Assembly (NCBI RefSeq): GCF_044704955.1
Contig: NC_091999.1
Span: forward strand, 37,262,001 to 37,326,000
Origin: Pristiophorus japonicus
Taxonomy: Eukaryota
Direction: 5' to 3'
DNA: 64,000 nucleotides
Positions 61,081 to 64,000 of this stretch are shown here, in pieces (positions within the stretch are counted from its first letter, which is position 1; every line of letters starts with the position of its first letter). The translations under genes and the position numbers were made by a program. Below the pieces are notes generated by a model. The model saw only the letters and a list, made by a program, of their open reading frames with translations. It ran no database searches and was not told the origin of the DNA.

Positions 61081-64000
61081 TGCTTTAACATATCACAGAT
61101 TGATTTTTAAAATGTTTCCATTTAGCTCAGTGTGTCTAAAATTCAGTGCCTGCACCAACTCTTACACGGTCAGTTTAGTTCCCTGGGCTAATTATCTTAT
61201 CTTGCCTGTGATAATATTCCCACACTGTTGTGACAGCGGAGTTCCATATAGATGTTTCAGCGACTCCACATCTGGAAGTGCCCGAAGCAAGAGGACTCAC
61301 GGAACTTGTGTTTTAAACTGCGAGAGGTGCATTAGCAGAGCAGCTGGAAGCGGGGTTTATTACCATTAGACCGGAGAATGGAATCGAGGTTTTCAAAATT
61401 ATGACGGGTTTTAATCGAGTAGCTAGTTAGAAACTTTTTCAAATGGTAGGACTTACAGTAACCATCGGACAGAATTGTGCAATGTATTACTGCACCAATC
61501 CCTGTTTCTCGTTATATTACATTAGTCTCTGATTTCATTGCACTAGACCCTGTCTCTTTTTTATTACACTAGGCCCTGTGTCTGTTTGTATTATACTCGA
61601 CCCTGTCTCTCTTTATATTGTACAACGCTTTTCTCTATTTATATTACACTAGACCCTGTCTCTGTTTATATTACTCTAGACAATGTCTCTGTTTATATTA
61701 CACAAGACCATGTCTTTTTTTATATTATACAAGACCCTGTCTCTGTTTATATTACACAAGACCTTGTCTCTGTTTATATTACACAAGACCATGTCTTTGT
61801 TTATATTATACAAGACCCTGTCGCTGTTTATATTACGCAAGATCCTGTCATCATTTATATTACACAAGACCCTGTCTCTGTTTATATTACACTCGAACAA
61901 GTATCGGTTTATATTACTCTAGACACTGTCTCTGTTTATATTGCACTAGAGCCTGTTTCTGTTTAAAGCAAACTCGACCCTGTCTTCATTATTACTGCAC
62001 TAGAATAGTTTTCTCTCTGTATTAACCTGGGTCCTGTCTGAAATATTACTGCCCTGGAATCTTTCTCTGTATATATTACCTTCGGCTCCGTCTCAGTTAT
62101 TACTGCAATGGACCGTGTCTCCATTTGCATTAGGCCTGAGTCCTCGGCTAGAGTAATATGTACATTTCTGGGCACCATATTTAAAAAAAAAGCAAATGCA
62201 TTAGAAGTGGTGAAGTCGAGGTTTAACAGGTTGTTACCGGTGATGAGGGAGTTCAGTTATGAGAAGAGGTAAGTAAAGATAAAAGTGTTCTCCTTTGAAC
62301 AGTGAAGTTGAATAAAAGACCTAATAAAGCTCTTCAGGATGATGAGAGGACTTGCGAGAGTAGGTATAGAAAAGTGGTTCCATAACCCGAGATCATAGAT
62401 TCATAAGTACTGGCAAAATATCTACAATGCTGCCTTAGTGATTACAGCAGTAGACCCCGTGTTATAATAAATTAGACCCTGCTCTGTATATATTACACTA
62501 ACCCTGAGTCATTTGTTAATGCATTAGAGCATGAATTAGCCTGTATTAAACTAGAGCCTGTCTGAAATATTACTGCCACAGACTTGTTTATATTACGATT
62601 AGCCCTCTCTCAGTTATTACTGTATTAGACTTTGTCCCCATTTATATTACACTATTTGCTCTCTGTTTATATTACACTAGACCCTATATCTAGTTTTATT
62701 ACACGAGGAACTGTCTCTTTATATTGCACTAGAGCCTGTCTCTGTTTATATTACACAAGACCCTGTCACTGCTTATATACTCTAACTCTGTTTATATTAT
62801 AGGACCCTATCTCTGCCTAAAATACACTCGACACTGTCTCACAAAGTACTGCATTGAACGATATATCTACTTAGATTAGGCCTTAAGCTTCAGCTGGAAT
62901 ATTATGGACAATCGTAGGAACCACATTTCCATAAAATATAAGAGCATTAGAAAGGTCTACAGATGAGGTTTAACAGATTGTTACCTGGGCTGAGGGACTT
63001 CAGTTGAGAAGAGTTTACGAACGTTAGAACTGTTCTCCTTAGAACAATGAAGTTTAAGAAGTGACCTAAAAGAAGTCTTCAAGATGAAGAGAGGGATTAA
63101 TAGAGTAGGTCCGGAAGAGCAGTTCCTTCTGGCGAGTGGATGAATAAGCAGAGGGCATAGATTTAAAAGCATTTGCAAAAGGTCCAGAGGGAGAATAATA
63201 TTTTGGTGGTTTCACGCAGAGTGTTGTAGGGATCTGGAATGCTCAAAGAGAAGTGATCATGGAAGATGATTCCATAAATAATTTAAAAATGAATTGGGGA
63301 TGTGGAATTTACAGGGTTAGGGACAAAATTCGGCACCATGGGACTATGTGCACCTGTTCTTATAAAGTGACAGTACAGGCGCGATAGGCCAAATGGCTTC
63401 ATTTATGATGTAAATTTCCATGGTTCTATGATATCACAGTAGATCGGCTCTCAGTTATTACTGTAATCGACCGGGTTTCAGTTATTACCACGCTAGCCTC
63501 TTCATCAGTTATTACTGCATTTGACCTTATATCTGTTTATATTACACTAGATTTGTCACTATTTATAATACACTAGATACAATCTATGTTTATATTATAC
63601 TCGGCCATGTCTCGGTTCATAATACACAAAACCATGTATCAGTTATTACTGCACTAGCCCCAGTCTCTGTTTATATTATACTAGATCCAGTCTCTATTTA
63701 TATTGAACTAGGCCGTGACTCTTTTTATATTACATTAGATGCTGCCTCAGTCATTAATGCACTCTGTTCAAATTGCACAAGACTTTATTTATTTTTATAT
63801 TACTCTAGACCATGTATGTGTTTATATTACACTAGACATTGTCTCAGTTACTGCTAAATAAGCCACGTCTTTGTTTATATTACACGCGATCCAGTCACTA
63901 GAATTATTGCACCTGAACCCGTCTCTTTTTATATTACACCAAATCCGGTCTCTATTGTATTTCACTAGACCCTGTCTCTGTTTATGTTACACTAGACACT

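Larger units (their letters stand above)
50540..64000. repeat. Discontinuous ~30 bp minisatellite (TATTACACTAGACCCTGTCTCTGTTTA) blocks at ~50540-50740, 52870-53130 (reverse), 53545-54170, 54885-55400, 57215-57520 and 61485-64000, interspersed with CR1 3' fragments
   Basis: The unit is directly readable and explains the YITLDPVSV / LYYTRPCLC pseudo-ORFs. Confidence 0.9.

Noticed and set aside
61586-62025. Cys/Tyr-rich repetitive ORFs (LYYTRPCLC, YITQDPVSV)
   Set aside because: These are translations of the 30-bp minisatellite.

Overview
Eukaryotic (cartilaginous fish, shark-type) genomic DNA from an antigen-receptor region, with two assembly gaps (14013-14334, 49750-50106). The main feature is one complete minus-strand IgM heavy-chain cluster: promoter, leader (47936-47981), a single already-joined in-frame VH-D-JH exon without RSSs (47446-47808), a ~17 kb J-C intron, C-mu1-4 with secretory tail, and TM1/TM2 (down to 20871). 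The cluster is a pseudogene: stops in C-mu1, C-mu2 and C-mu4, several altered splice donors, and loss of the first VH cysteine. Downstream in the same orientation, across the first gap, are two TCR alpha/delta-type V segments with 23-bp-spacer RSSs: one open (5728-6200) and one decayed with both canonical Cys replaced by Asn (4187-~4536). The rest is a decayed class A GPCR fragment, CR1 and RTE LINEs (one RTE nested in a CR1), a Gypsy LTR element with an internally multiplied pol inside the J-C intron, Deu-type SINEs, two copies of a composite VNTR + RTE-tail non-autonomous retroposon, two Penelope-type minimal hammerhead relics, and extensive mini/microsatellites, one of which arose from CR1 coding sequence. 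All calls were made by eye from motifs; no searches were run, and repeat boundaries are approximate.
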